Positions 38,086 to 47,515 of a DNA stretch of 64,000 nucleotides are shown here, piece after piece. The translations under genes were made by a program, and so were the position numbers. The notes under the pieces are model-generated. The model ran no database searches. It was not told the origin of the DNA and worked only from the letters and a program-made list of their open reading frames with translations. Source of the stretch: a virus; the IMG/VR virus record IMGVR_UViG_3300017971_007887, positions 7,523-71,522 of that record. One strand, 5' to 3'. Every line of letters starts with the position of its first letter. Within the stretch, counting starts at the first letter, position 1.

Positions 38086-38902
38086 CACTCCCCTCCCTGG
38101 GACTCGTGACATCGATGTAGTTCTTCTCAGATTCCATGATCTGTTTAGCCAGTGCCGCCTCCTGCATGAAGCTCCTGTTGTAGTGCCACGCGCACCGGTC
38201 AGGCTGCTGCCCGGCATTCTTCTTGAACACCACGAACGCATCAATCAAACAATATTGGTTGGGCAGCTCGCCGTCCATCCCCCAGTTGACCATCTCTACC
38301 AGCAGGGGCTCGAACTGGGTGTAGTGCCTGAGCCTCTCCACCAACCACGTAGCCGACATACCCGGGTCGCGCAGGTGGGGGGTTCCCCTCCTAACATGCT
38401 CATCGCACCAGCCCAGGTTGCTCACGTGTAGGAACGCGTACCCGCCCTCCACCATCACCCGCTGCAGGTCATTGAGGTAGTAAGTGAGGCACGTCCGGTC
38501 GCAGTGCACCAGGCTGTCCCAACTGAACACGAACGACACACTGTCGTCCTTGATCTTGACCAAGTCCAGACCACCCGTATGGTAAAACCTTGCATGGGGA
38601 TCATTACAGAAACGTTCACGACAATATTCCACGCATCCCGGAATTAGATCAACTCCAATCACATCACCGTAATCAAGACTGATAGCTTGGAGATCTAACA
38701 AACAATTAGTCATTCGTCCATGACCACATCCGATCTCCAACCAATGACCTGGAGGAGGTGCCAACAATGCCAACGGTTGAATGCGCGGCTCCACCGTCAC
38801 CTGCCATAACTTGGCAGTACATCCCCATGCCTGGGACCACTCCTCCCCGTGCTCCTTCCACGGGCACTCGCTCCACATCTTCAGGTTGCCTTGGACGTTC
38901 AT
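38078..38902 (-). CDS. class I SAM-dependent methyltransferase
   Basis: LEIGCGHGR, GVDL, DSVSFVFSWDSLVH. Confidence 0.85.
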   Translation of the reverse strand: MNVQGNLKMWSECPWKEHGEEWSQAWGCTAKLWQVTVEPRIQPLALLAPPPGHWLEIGCGHGRMTNCLLDLQAISLDYGDVIGVDLIPGCVEYCRERFCNDPHARFYHTGGLDLVKIKDDSVSFVFSWDSLVHCDRTCLTYYLNDLQRVMVEGGYAFLHVSNLGWCDEHVRRGTPHLRDPGMSATWLVERLRHYTQFEPLLVEMVNWGMDGELPNQYCLIDAFVVFKKNAGQQPDRCAWHYNRSFMQEAALAKQIMESEKNYIDVTSPREGSDA

Positions 38903-38905
38903 GTT

Positions 38906-39157
38906 TCAACTCTTCAACAGATGGATCATCATACCGATCCGCCGGTACAGTATTTCCAGCGACTCCTGCAGCACATGCTCCACCATCTCATCTGGGTTAT
39001 CGTCAGTGCTATACAGGACCTCAGCGCCCATCACCAGCTGAAGTATGTTGTGGTTACCCTCCACCCGCACACCAGAGAACTCCGTGTTGTTGGTACGCTC
39101 CTCGATGTCAGCGTCCAGCAGCTGCACCAGATCCGCCAGCGAATCGAATGAAACCAT
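38906..39157 (-). CDS. hypothetical protein
   Basis: SD AGGAGGAG just after a palindrome copy. Confidence 0.55.
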   Translation of the reverse strand: MVSFDSLADLVQLLDADIEERTNNTEFSGVRVEGNHNILQLVMGAEVLYSTDDNPDEMVEHVLQESLEILYRRIGMMIHLLKS

Positions 39158-39174
39158 GCTCTCCTCCTTGCCTA

Positions 39175-39189
39175 TTAAACAGTGTTTAA
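39175..39189. promoter_or_regulatory. palindrome copy 4
   Basis: TTAAACAGTGTTTAA; intergenic. Confidence 0.8.
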
Positions 39190-39191
39190 GT

Positions 39192-39588
39192 TTAGTCATG
39201 CCCCCTGTCTCCAGGTTCTGTAATGGTCAACCCAAAACCACCATAATATCCGTTATGCTCATTGTGATTGACCAAGACAACAGTGCACTTGTCAGTGACG
39301 ATCTCAACAAAACAACATTCGTGCATCCCATACTCCTTCTCCAGATCGGGCACCTCTTTGACATCGATCTTGACGAACGTCCCACCCTCCAGTTCTCCTG
39401 GCTTGTCGTCCGTCATCATGTATCTCTCCTCGCAGCATGACTGCCCGTCGTCCCAGATTGCAATCTCCTTCCCGTCAGTAAACTTTATCCTGAATTTGTT
39501 TGCCTCTGCCAACATATTCATTCCATCCATGAGCAGTACCACCAGACAAATAATGGATCATCACCCCAAACCCCATTTGATCTGACAT
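39192..39588 (-). pseudogene. frameshifted conserved phage gene (DDGQSCCEERY family)
   Basis: SD GGAGG + ATG 39588 (MSDQMGFGVMIHYLSGG) is out of frame with the WDDGQSCCEERYM...HNGYYGGF part. Confidence 0.5.
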
Positions 39589-39616
39589 TTGTACACCTCC
39601 AGTTATAAAACTCGTT

Positions 39617-40315
39617 TTACAACCTCCGGTCCGGCCCGTCTACCGGAACACACTCACACATCTGCATCAGCCGGCTGTACAGCTTGTCCCCGTGACCACC
39701 GCCTGTGCCGTACCGCCGGATGTTGTCCGGTCGCAGGTTGGTGGTCACGATGGTGGGCGCCCCTGCCCACAGCCTGCCGTCCACGATGGTGTACAGGCAC
39801 TCCAACAACCGCTCGGTGGCCTTCTCTGCCCCCAGGTCATCCAGGATCAACACAGGTGTCGCCGATGGATCCGCCAGGTTCAAGATCGCCTCCTGGTCGT
39901 TGCGCGGAATCCTGACCGTGGGCAGGAACACCGTCAGCAGACCTGCCCCGATGAACCAGTTTGCAATGGCACACGCCAGGTGAGTCTTTCCACACCCAGT
40001 CTTGGGCCCGTACAGCATGATGCCCCTCTTGCCGTTCCACACAAGCTCGACCTGGGACACCCTGTCCTCGCCTACCAGTCCCATCTGACCGCCGAGCAAC
40101 CACTGGCTGTATGATAGGGCAGCAACGTACCCGGAGTGGTTGGCCTGCCGTCTATTGGTGTCAAACCTGGAGAACGTCATCCCCCTTCCCACAGGACCAA
40201 GATTGCTGGCCCGGTACAGTTCACCCTCCCTTGCCTTGCTTATAGGCCTCAATGTCCTTCTTGATCCAGTCGGTTCTTTCCTCCGGGTACTCCTGTCTGC
40301 CTTCTTTCTTACCAT
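39617..40315 (-). CDS. DnaC/IstB-like helicase-loader ATPase
   Basis: LYGPKTGCGKTHLA, LILDDLGAE, PTIVTTN, YSRL. Confidence 0.88.
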   Translation of the reverse strand: MVRKKADRSTRRKEPTGSRRTLRPISKAREGELYRASNLGPVGRGMTFSRFDTNRRQANHSGYVAALSYSQWLLGGQMGLVGEDRVSQVELVWNGKRGIMLYGPKTGCGKTHLACAIANWFIGAGLLTVFLPTVRIPRNDQEAILNLADPSATPVLILDDLGAEKATERLLECLYTIVDGRLWAGAPTIVTTNLRPDNIRRYGTGGGHGDKLYSRLMQMCECVPVDGPDRRL

Positions 40316-40583
40316 GTCTGCCTCCGTATTGATCGATGCCCGACACGAACACGTTCCACGGATGGTGCCTTTCCACCAGCCACCTGGAGCGGTCATCGAA
40401 GTACCTTCCGATCCGCCGCCTGATCTCGGACAGGCCGAATATCTGCAGCAGCTCCTTCAACCGGGTTCTCTGCCGGCCGGACAACCGGAGTGCCGACTGC
40501 TCTCCGTGGGTCGACAAGTACTTCGATCTATACACCCGTTCCACGATTCCGATCAACACCTTTGTCGGTGCCCTCTTTTTCAT
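40221..40583 (-). CDS. small protein resembling a replication-initiator C-terminal domain
   Basis: RLKELL..G..EI.RRI.RYF; directly upstream of the DnaC-like gene. Confidence 0.45.
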   Translation of the reverse strand: MKKRAPTKVLIGIVERVYRSKYLSTHGEQSALRLSGRQRTRLKELLQIFGLSEIRRRIGRYFDDRSRWLVERHHPWNVFVSGIDQYGGRHGKKEGRQEYPEERTDWIKKDIEAYKQGKGG

Positions 40584-40902
40584 TTCTCCCCTCTCCGTTT
40601 TTTTTTTCTTTTCCAATCTCCCGTCAGGTTTCCTTTTCCGCCAACGGGAAACTCCAATTATTTTTTTCCGGTCCCCTCCCTTACGTAGTAAGGAAAGTAA
40701 TAGGGGGTTAAGTTAATATATATAGATCTTTTAAAAAGAGGGAGACGGGAAAATAAAAATAAATTTCCTAGAATCCCTCAAACCCTACCCTCCGGTCGTG
40801 AATTCTGGCACCTGTCCTCGAAAAACCGGTTCTGGAATTATTTTTCGGTGCCTATTTTATTTTCCACCGAAAAAGATCCGGCTGCCTGTTTTTAAACACT
40901 GT
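40584..40902. other. AT-rich non-coding region, candidate replication origin
   Basis: ttaagttaatatatatagatcttttaaaa core, flanking inverted repeats, CCTTAC-GTA-GTAAGG, next to initiator/loader genes. Confidence 0.55.
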
Positions 40903-40906
40903 TTAA
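40892..40906. promoter_or_regulatory. palindrome copy 5
   Basis: TTAAACACTGTTTAA at the helicase stop / edge of the ori-like region. Confidence 0.8.
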
Positions 40907-42369
40907 CAGTCGTCCACCGACAGTACATCACAGATCGAACGCAGCTTGTTCAGGAACTCGCGCTCCCTGCGAACCCTGACCTCGTGGGTGTCGGTGTCCC
41001 TCTCCCTCGGCCACATCCTACGATCCCAGAAGTAAACCGCGGTCCCGAACTCCTTGTCGCCGTGAGGCCGGGCCGCCCTTCCAAACTGCTGAACCATCCT
41101 CCTGGGGTGCCCGTGCACAGGGCACGTAAGCAGCACGTGGGTCAAAGGGGGAATGTCCAGACCCTCGTCCGCCACGGTAGTGCCAACCCCTACCCTGCAC
41201 CTGCCGGTGCGGAGCCCGTCTATCGTATCCGCCTGCTGGTCCTTGTAGTCGTTGCCGCCGACCAGCAATCCACTGGTGTATCCGGCCCTGTCGAACCTGG
41301 CCACCCACGACCTGCAGGCCTCCACCCGGTCGTTGAGCATCAGGATCCGGGCGGACTGGTCCCGCAGGATCTGCTGTGCCCTCTTCCAGATGATCTCGTT
41401 CCTATCCTCGTCGCCGTTCAGGTTGGCCAGCATGGCGTTCCAGTCGGGAGTCACCTGGGCATCGATTGCGTCCTGATAATCCTCATCCCAGAAGTCAGTG
41501 GGCACCACCTCGATCCGTGTCGGCAGGAGGCGCCCCGCCTCCATCACCTCCTGGCGCTTGATCTCGGTGGCCAGAGGACCGAACGACTCGTAGATCATGT
41601 ACTCCAGGCCGTCCTTCCGGGTCTCGTCTGCGCTGCACCCGATCCGCCACCTGGCCGAACAGTGGTGCGTGGTGGCCTGGAACGTGTTGGCCGCCCAGTG
41701 GTGGATCTCGTCGCCAGCCAGGCACCCGAAGTCCTTCCACCAGGGGGCATCCGGCCTACGCCAGATGGTCTGTTGAACCCCGACCGTCAGGCTGCGAATC
41801 ACCGTCTGTCTGCCACCCCCTATGGTACCAGGAACCACTCCCAGGAACCTGGACGCAGCCGCTATCCACTGTTGCATGAGCGGCTTGCTGTGCACCACCA
41901 CCAGGGTCGGCTGACCTATCTCAGCTATGGCTCCCAGCAGACACACCGTCTTCCCGCTACCACACGGGCCCTTGAGCACGCCTCCACCCGCCTTCACCAG
42001 CTCCATGGCGGCCCGCTTCTGGTACGGCCTGAGCGGCTCCCTCATTCTGAACCTGACAGGGTCATGGAGCACCGTGTGGTCGTGGGGCTTGTCAATCCAT
42101 GCGCCCTCGGCCGCTAATAGATCCCTGACGGTTCCAAGGGAACCGCGCGGCAAAAGTATCCAGGGCTCCCTGACCTCGTACGACCGCAGATACCTCTCGA
42201 TCCCCTGCGGGTTCTGCTTGGTGGGCCCAGTGTAGAATCCCCGACGCTTGGCGTTCTTCCACTTGGGGTTCTCGCGCGTGAACCGCTCACGCAGCATGTT
42301 GACCAGCACAGGTCCAAGGTCGTCGATCTGCAGTGCCAGGTGCGTGTCGATTGCCGATCTGATATTCAT
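40903..42369 (-). CDS. superfamily 2 (DExH) helicase
   Basis: LRPYQ, GPCGSGKT, GDEIHH, DEGLDIP, QQFGRAAR. Confidence 0.92.
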   Translation of the reverse strand: MNIRSAIDTHLALQIDDLGPVLVNMLRERFTRENPKWKNAKRRGFYTGPTKQNPQGIERYLRSYEVREPWILLPRGSLGTVRDLLAAEGAWIDKPHDHTVLHDPVRFRMREPLRPYQKRAAMELVKAGGGVLKGPCGSGKTVCLLGAIAEIGQPTLVVVHSKPLMQQWIAAASRFLGVVPGTIGGGRQTVIRSLTVGVQQTIWRRPDAPWWKDFGCLAGDEIHHWAANTFQATTHHCSARWRIGCSADETRKDGLEYMIYESFGPLATEIKRQEVMEAGRLLPTRIEVVPTDFWDEDYQDAIDAQVTPDWNAMLANLNGDEDRNEIIWKRAQQILRDQSARILMLNDRVEACRSWVARFDRAGYTSGLLVGGNDYKDQQADTIDGLRTGRCRVGVGTTVADEGLDIPPLTHVLLTCPVHGHPRRMVQQFGRAARPHGDKEFGTAVYFWDRRMWPRERDTDTHEVRVRREREFLNKLRSICDVLSVDDC

Positions 42370-42388
42370 CCAAGTCACCTCAGGAACA

Positions 42389-42419
42389 ATTATAACCCAT
42401 ACTGGTGATACAGAGTAAA
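42389..42419 (-). promoter_or_regulatory. possible sigma70-type promoter for the replication operon
   Basis: TTTACT...TATAAT with a long 19-nt spacer, just after the terminator. Confidence 0.4.
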
Positions 42420-42421
42420 CC

Positions 42422-42462
42422 AAAAAAAAAATCCCCCAGGGGCGCGTTGCCCTGGGGGATTT
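42422..42462 (-). terminator. intrinsic terminator closing the early region
   Basis: AAAUCCCCCAGGG-loop-CCCUGGGGGAUUU followed by a long U run. Confidence 0.85.
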
Positions 42463-42465
42463 TCC

Positions 42466-42942
42466 CTACTTCATCGAACGCGTGCCGCGGCATCCTGGAT
42501 ACTTGGCGCAGCCGTAAAAACTCGGCTTCTTCTGGCCCTTCTTGGCCCGGGCCACCATCCGACCCTTGCAGACGGGGCACTCTGGAAGTGTGCTGGCCGC
42601 CTTCCAGGCCTCCCTGCACCGCTTCCGCATGTTGTCCAGGAAGCTCTTGGTGCGGTAACACCTGGACGACTTCCAAACGCCCTTCCCGGTCTCCCGGTCG
42701 ACTAAGATCACCCGGCCGGCGTCCGCGCCGCATTCCCGAGTGCCGTTCCTGGCCACCGACGTGTACGCCCGGATGACGAGACCGGTATCGGCATGCTGCC
42801 TGTTGGGATCTGATTCGACTTGGATCACCCCGCGCTCGAACACCATCTCGTTGCAGCCCGGCAGATCTACCTCCTTGAATCCCATCTCGTGGAACAGCCC
42901 TTCGACTTCCTCTCTGGTTCTTTCAACGTATCTAGTTCCCAT
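42466..42942 (-). CDS. protein with topoisomerase-type C4 zinc finger
   Basis: CPVCKGRMV...FYGCAKYPGCRGT. Confidence 0.75.
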   Translation of the reverse strand: MGTRYVERTREEVEGLFHEMGFKEVDLPGCNEMVFERGVIQVESDPNRQHADTGLVIRAYTSVARNGTRECGADAGRVILVDRETGKGVWKSSRCYRTKSFLDNMRKRCREAWKAASTLPECPVCKGRMVARAKKGQKKPSFYGCAKYPGCRGTRSMK

Positions 42943-43820
42943 TTTTTGCCTCCTTCGATGGCCAGATGTCTGACGAGCGTGTATAGAAATACCGCTTGTT
43001 CAAACACCGGAGCACCATCTCTTTCTTTCCGTGGTCGACCAGTTCCAGCTTTCGGACATGCGGTTCAGGAAATCCGTGGTCGCCATCGACCTTCCTTCTC
43101 CTGATCTCTTCCTTGCAGGTTTTGATCGCGTTCTTCTTGGAAGAAAAATACTGGCTGTGGCCGATGCCCTCTGGACAACCGTCGTCGCAATCCTTGACCC
43201 AGCACGCCTCGTAAACAATCATGGTGCACCAGATTCGTGCAAACGGCGCAGCAGTACCGCCCAGATATAACCCGGACACCTGGCCACCACGAACATGCAC
43301 AAGTCCTTCAGGTCGGTATGATCCAGGCGACACTCCATGCCCTTCTCGTACCAGTCCATCAGGAACTCCAGCGCACCGGGTACCGTTTCCGTATATGACT
43401 TGTTGAAGTTGCCAGATATGTGGCCCTGAATATGCATAACTGTGGCTTGCAGAGCATAACAGAAATCTTGCTCATCGACTGCGCCCTTGGCTTTTGCCAT
43501 GAACAATTTGTAAGCTTCGTGTTCTAACATCACGGCACCTTCTTTCCGACTTGGTATCCCCGCATTTCCAAGAACGCCGTCGCTGCGATTTCCGCGCAGT
43601 CCGGTTGGAACCTTTCCAACAAATCGAACAGCGCTTGCGGAACGCCGACTGTCCATAACTCGTTCGGCATGGCATTCATGATCTTCATCCACCAACGTGC
43701 ACAAGTGGTGATGTATGCGTCTGCCATCTCCTCGTTCTTGTACAGTCGTTTGGACTCTTTGCTAAAGTTCCTGTCGATTCTTACCATTACTGGCCTTTCC
43801 ACTTTCTTTTTCTCGGTCAT
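42932..43820 (-). other. three small early ORFs (42932-43222, 43219-43533, 43530-43820)
   Basis: Overlapping start/stop junctions; the first follows leader repeat copy 1. Confidence 0.6.
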
Positions 43821-43823
43821 TTT

Positions 43824-43890
43824 CTACCTCCCTGTTTTGCACGGGTCCATTCCCGCGATAAGACCCTGCAGGTTTTTACACCTGCAGGGC
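43824..43890 (-). repeat. two-hairpin/extended-SD leader, copy 1
   Basis: CCCUGCAGGU-GUAAAA-ACCUGCAGGG..UAU-CGCGGG-AAUGGA-CCCGUG-CAAAACAGGGAGGUAG. Confidence 0.9.
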
Positions 43891-43896
43891 AATCGT

Positions 43897-46614
43897 TTAT
43901 AACAAACCACCTTCCTGCAAAAATCTGCTCGGTGACAGCGGCCTGACCTTGCCGCCCATCAACGCGCCCCTCGGACTGGTAATCATCAGATGGTCCCGCG
44001 CCCTGGTAACGCCCACATAAAACAATCGGCGTTCCTCAGCCGGCCCGACACCATCACCCTCAAATCCATCGGCCCTGGCATGGGGAAGCACCATCTCGCA
44101 GGCACCCGCCAAGAATACCACCGGCCACTCCAGACCCTTGGCCTTGTGCAAGGTGCTGATCCACACCGCGTCCGGCTGCTCGTCGTCCTCCTTGGCCTTC
44201 CTCTTGGTGTCCAGGATGTTGTCCACGTACTCCAGCATCTCCTTGGCCGTCTTGAACCTGCCGGCCGTTCGGCACAGTTCCCGAAGGTTGCTCAGCTTGC
44301 TGTTCTCCGCGGTGTCGGTGCCCTCGTCCTTGATGATCCACTCTTCGTATCCGCTCACCTCGATCAGCTTGGCCAGCGCCTGCGGAAGCACGCTCTGCTC
44401 GGCGTCGTTCGGCTCGATGTCGTCTCGCAGATTCTGTACCAGGCTGACGAACTCCTCGACCGCTCTTTCCTGCTTGCTCCAGATGCCCAGATCGTACATC
44501 CGAACATCGGAAGCTACCTGCATGAAGTTACCCGCCGACTCCATCTTGTCGATGGTCTTCTTGCCGATGAACCGCCACGGTCGGTTGATGGCCCGTTTGG
44601 CGCTCTCCACGTCGTTCTCGTCCACGGCCACCCGCAGGTACGCCAGGATGTCGGCCACTTCTTTGCGCTTGTAAAACTCGGTGCCGCCGACTACCACGTG
44701 CGGGATTTTCTCCCGGATGCAGACTTCCTCGAACGCCCTGCTCTGCGCGTTGGTGCGATACAAGATCGCCATGTCCTTCCAATCGACTCCGTCCTCGTGA
44801 TAGGCCCGGATGCGCTCGACCACCGTCTCCGCCTCCGCGTCCATGCTTTCGCAGGACACGTACTCGACCGGATTGTTGTCCGGCCTGGTGGCCACGTTGG
44901 TCTTGGTGATCCGGTCCGGCTCGTTGCCGGTGATCACTTGGTTGGCGATCTCCAAGATCTGCGGAGTGCACCGGTAGTTGTGCTCCATGCGGAACACCCG
45001 CGCGTTGAACCGCTCCTCGAACGTCAAGGTGTACTCCGGCACGCTCCCGCGCCATTCATATATGCAGTTGTCCACCACGATGCCGTCCGCCACGTAGTTG
45101 TGATGCTCAGCCACCTCTAGGGATACGACTTCACCACTGTACTCCTCACAAAACTTCTTATGCACCGTTGTCCAACCATTGCCCGAAAGATGAACCTGCA
45201 TCATGCCAGGAATGATGTTCGCCGCGTATGCTCTAAATGTTTTGCTGCCATGTCTTCCACCCGCGCGTCCCCATTTCGATTCCTTGCTTTTGCTAGATGG
45301 TGGAAACGGCCACAATGGACAGTGCTCCTGTAATTCGAAATCATCGAACAGAACATCGACAGTGCTGATTTTTCTAACATACCTGAACAAATCAGCCAGC
45401 CGTACTTGACCCAAAACATGCTTGGTCTGCGACTTAAAGCAAGCAGTTGGGATGCGATATTGTAAAGATATTTTTTGTTCCTGCAATGCCGCATCTCCCT
45501 TATTGTCGTAAACCGAAAGTATCCAAGCAGCGTCCGCTTCTTCCAGTCGTGCACGTTGTCCCAGGTGAAATGCACCGTCCATGTTGAACATCTGGCACCA
45601 GCCCACCCTGTAGTCGTCGCCCTTTTTCATCAGGTAGCACGCCCATCGTTCGGTTTTCTTGTCCGCCCATCTGACTGGAATCTTGTGATCTGATGTCGCC
45701 CTGGTTGAACAGTGACCTGCAAGAATCGTGTACAGGTCGCCATAGTACGAACGCCGTTTGGTGCGAACAACTCTCCTGTGCCCACCCACCTTACCATTGT
45801 GAGACTGGAACACCCGAACCATGTCACCGACTTCTAAGGAACCAAGTTCGACTATTCCGTCTGCAGTTTCTACTTCGGTGTCCGGTGGCTGGCACTGGTC
45901 GTCGTCACCGACCACCAGCAAGACCTTGGCCTTCTCTGCCAAGATCTTCATCAACTCGTACTGAGCCGCGTTGCTGTCCTGGAACTCGTCCACGATCACG
46001 TGATCGAACATGCCCTGCCACTTGCCGCGGGCATGCGGGTCTTCCTGCAGATACCAAACCGCCCCGGACATCATGTCGTCGAACGTCAGCAGTCCCAGCA
46101 AGTGCCGGCACCGCTCGTACTTGCGATAGACCTCGACGTACCGATGGTCCGGGTGACTGGCGTCCTCCGGCTTGACCAGGGAGCCCTTGCAGTTGCTGAT
46201 GTACTGCTCCAGGTCGGTGATGTCGGCGTCTTCCCACTCCATGCCGAACACCCCGCTGTTCTCGACGGCTTCCTTTTTGCACCAGCCCAAGATGTCCTTG
46301 AGCACATAGTGCATCTTGTTGCCGTCCACCTTGTACTCGGCTTCGGGGCTGCCGTCGCGAACGATCTTGTATCCCAAGCTGTGCAAAGTGCGCACGTCCA
46401 CTTGGGGTATGCCGATCCGCTCCTGCATCTCCAACGCCGCGTTCTTGGTGAACGTGGTGCACAAAATCCGCTTGGCCGAGCAGCCCTCGTCCACTCGCTT
46501 CCTGACCCAGCACTCGACGGTGTGTGTCTTTCCCGAGCCCGCGACCGCGCAAACGATTGCGTTGCCCTCGGTGTGGTTCACCACTTCTTGCTGTGTCTCG
46601 TTCAGCTTTTTCAT
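43897..46614 (-). CDS. uvrD: UvrD/PcrA (SF1) helicase containing an intein
   Basis: AVAGSGKT, VDEFQD, VGDDDQ|CIYEWRG, NYRC, TLHKAKGLEW, EERRLFYVGVTRAR. Confidence 0.93.
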   Translation of the reverse strand: MKKLNETQQEVVNHTEGNAIVCAVAGSGKTHTVECWVRKRVDEGCSAKRILCTTFTKNAALEMQERIGIPQVDVRTLHSLGYKIVRDGSPEAEYKVDGNKMHYVLKDILGWCKKEAVENSGVFGMEWEDADITDLEQYISNCKGSLVKPEDASHPDHRYVEVYRKYERCRHLLGLLTFDDMMSGAVWYLQEDPHARGKWQGMFDHVIVDEFQDSNAAQYELMKILAEKAKVLLVVGDDDQCQPPDTEVETADGIVELGSLEVGDMVRVFQSHNGKVGGHRRVVRTKRRSYYGDLYTILAGHCSTRATSDHKIPVRWADKKTERWACYLMKKGDDYRVGWCQMFNMDGAFHLGQRARLEEADAAWILSVYDNKGDAALQEQKISLQYRIPTACFKSQTKHVLGQVRLADLFRYVRKISTVDVLFDDFELQEHCPLWPFPPSSKSKESKWGRAGGRHGSKTFRAYAANIIPGMMQVHLSGNGWTTVHKKFCEEYSGEVVSLEVAEHHNYVADGIVVDNCIYEWRGSVPEYTLTFEERFNARVFRMEHNYRCTPQILEIANQVITGNEPDRITKTNVATRPDNNPVEYVSCESMDAEAETVVERIRAYHEDGVDWKDMAILYRTNAQSRAFEEVCIREKIPHVVVGGTEFYKRKEVADILAYLRVAVDENDVESAKRAINRPWRFIGKKTIDKMESAGNFMQVASDVRMYDLGIWSKQERAVEEFVSLVQNLRDDIEPNDAEQSVLPQALAKLIEVSGYEEWIIKDEGTDTAENSKLSNLRELCRTAGRFKTAKEMLEYVDNILDTKRKAKEDDEQPDAVWISTLHKAKGLEWPVVFLAGACEMVLPHARADGFEGDGVGPAEERRLFYVGVTRARDHLMITSPRGALMGGKVRPLSPSRFLQEGGLL
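45067..45894 (-). mobile_element. intein (276 aa) in helicase motif III
   Basis: Starts CQPPDTEV, block B TSDH, ends HNYVADGIVVDN with +1 Cys; AT-richer than its flanks. Confidence 0.9.
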
Positions 46615-46617
46615 TTC

Positions 46618-46683
46618 CTACCTCCCTGTTTTGCCCAGGTTCATTCCTGGGATATAAACGGTCACGCCTTTTACACGTGACCG
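46618..46683 (-). repeat. leader repeat copy 2 (before UvrD)
   Basis: CGGUCACG..CGUGACCG; UAU-CCCAGG-AAUGAA-CCUGGG-CAAAACAGGGAGGUAG. Confidence 0.9.
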
Positions 46684-46689
46684 CCTTGT

Positions 46690-46965
46690 CTACGTTGCTG
46701 GATGTAACGAGCAATCGTCGCGGTGTCCCGCGCCTTCCCAGCAAAAGCACTGATCTGACAACCCGAAATCCCATGCCTCCAATGCACACACGACCGAGCT
46801 GCCGTCGTCAAACCGGAATTTGACGGGATCGTCCGTGTGATCGCCCGAGCGAATTTCTTCCGCCACGATTGCCAGCGCTTCGCACCAGTCGCGGTCTCCA
46901 ACAGACCAGCACTGGCCATCCAAGTCCTCGAAAAACTGCTTCGCAAATTTTCTTGCTTGGCTCAT
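46690..46965 (-). CDS. acidic hypothetical early protein
   Basis: ATG follows the repeat SD; FRFDDGS. Confidence 0.65.
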   Translation of the reverse strand: MSQARKFAKQFFEDLDGQCWSVGDRDWCEALAIVAEEIRSGDHTDDPVKFRFDDGSSVVCALEAWDFGLSDQCFCWEGAGHRDDCSLHPAT

Positions 46966-46967
46966 AA

Positions 46968-47095
46968 CTACCTCCCTGTTTTGGCCCTCCCCTTTTTGAA
47001 AACGACCGGGCAAGGAAGGGAGGAACCCTGCCCGGTCTTGCCCCGCCGCAACAGTGCGGCAGACTCCGGTGGCCGATGTTATCCGGCCACTCGGG
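46968..47095 (-). repeat. leader repeat copy 3 (variant with an anti-SD hairpin)
   Basis: CAAAACAGGGAGGUAG preceded by GACCGGGCAGGG-UUCCUCCCUU-CCUUGCCCGGUC. Confidence 0.75.
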
Positions 47096-47103
47096 GCTAT
47101 ACC

Positions 47104-47442
47104 TCAGTCCATGATGTAAATGACACGCGCGTTCCAGTCTTTCAACACGTTCCTGGCGGCGACGGTTGCCGATGCCCGCTTGTTCGCCTGGCCATGCGTG
47201 TAGCTAAGCCCATAACCGCGACCGTACCACCGACCACTATATCGATACCCACCAAACTGCTTGAACAAGGCATCCAGCTTCTTGCTCAGTCTAGAGCCGA
47301 GCGGACAATTCTTGCCGACCGGGATCAACACAAAATCCATGTTGCAGGTCCCACCGTCGTCAGTTTGACTGGCCGCAAAACTCGCCGCCCTGTTCGCGTT
47401 CCTGAGATCTTGGACTAACTTTTCTTCTTGTTTTTTGTCCAT
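47104..47442 (-). CDS. hypothetical early protein
   Basis: DDGGTCNMD...GQANKR motif. Confidence 0.7.
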   Translation of the reverse strand: MDKKQEEKLVQDLRNANRAASFAASQTDDGGTCNMDFVLIPVGKNCPLGSRLSKKLDALFKQFGGYRYSGRWYGRGYGLSYTHGQANKRASATVAARNVLKDWNARVIYIMD

Positions 47443-47444
47443 CA

Positions 47445-47508
47445 CTACCTCCCTGTTTTGCGCCGCTCAATTGCGGCGATATAGTCTCCCGGGATTTTAC
47501 TCCCGGAA
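47445..47508 (-). repeat. leader repeat copy 4
   Basis: CCGGGA-GUAAAA-UCCCGG; UAU-CGCCGC-AAUUGA-GCGGCG-CAAAACAGGGAGGUAG. Confidence 0.9.
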
Positions 47509-47515
47509 AACTGTC

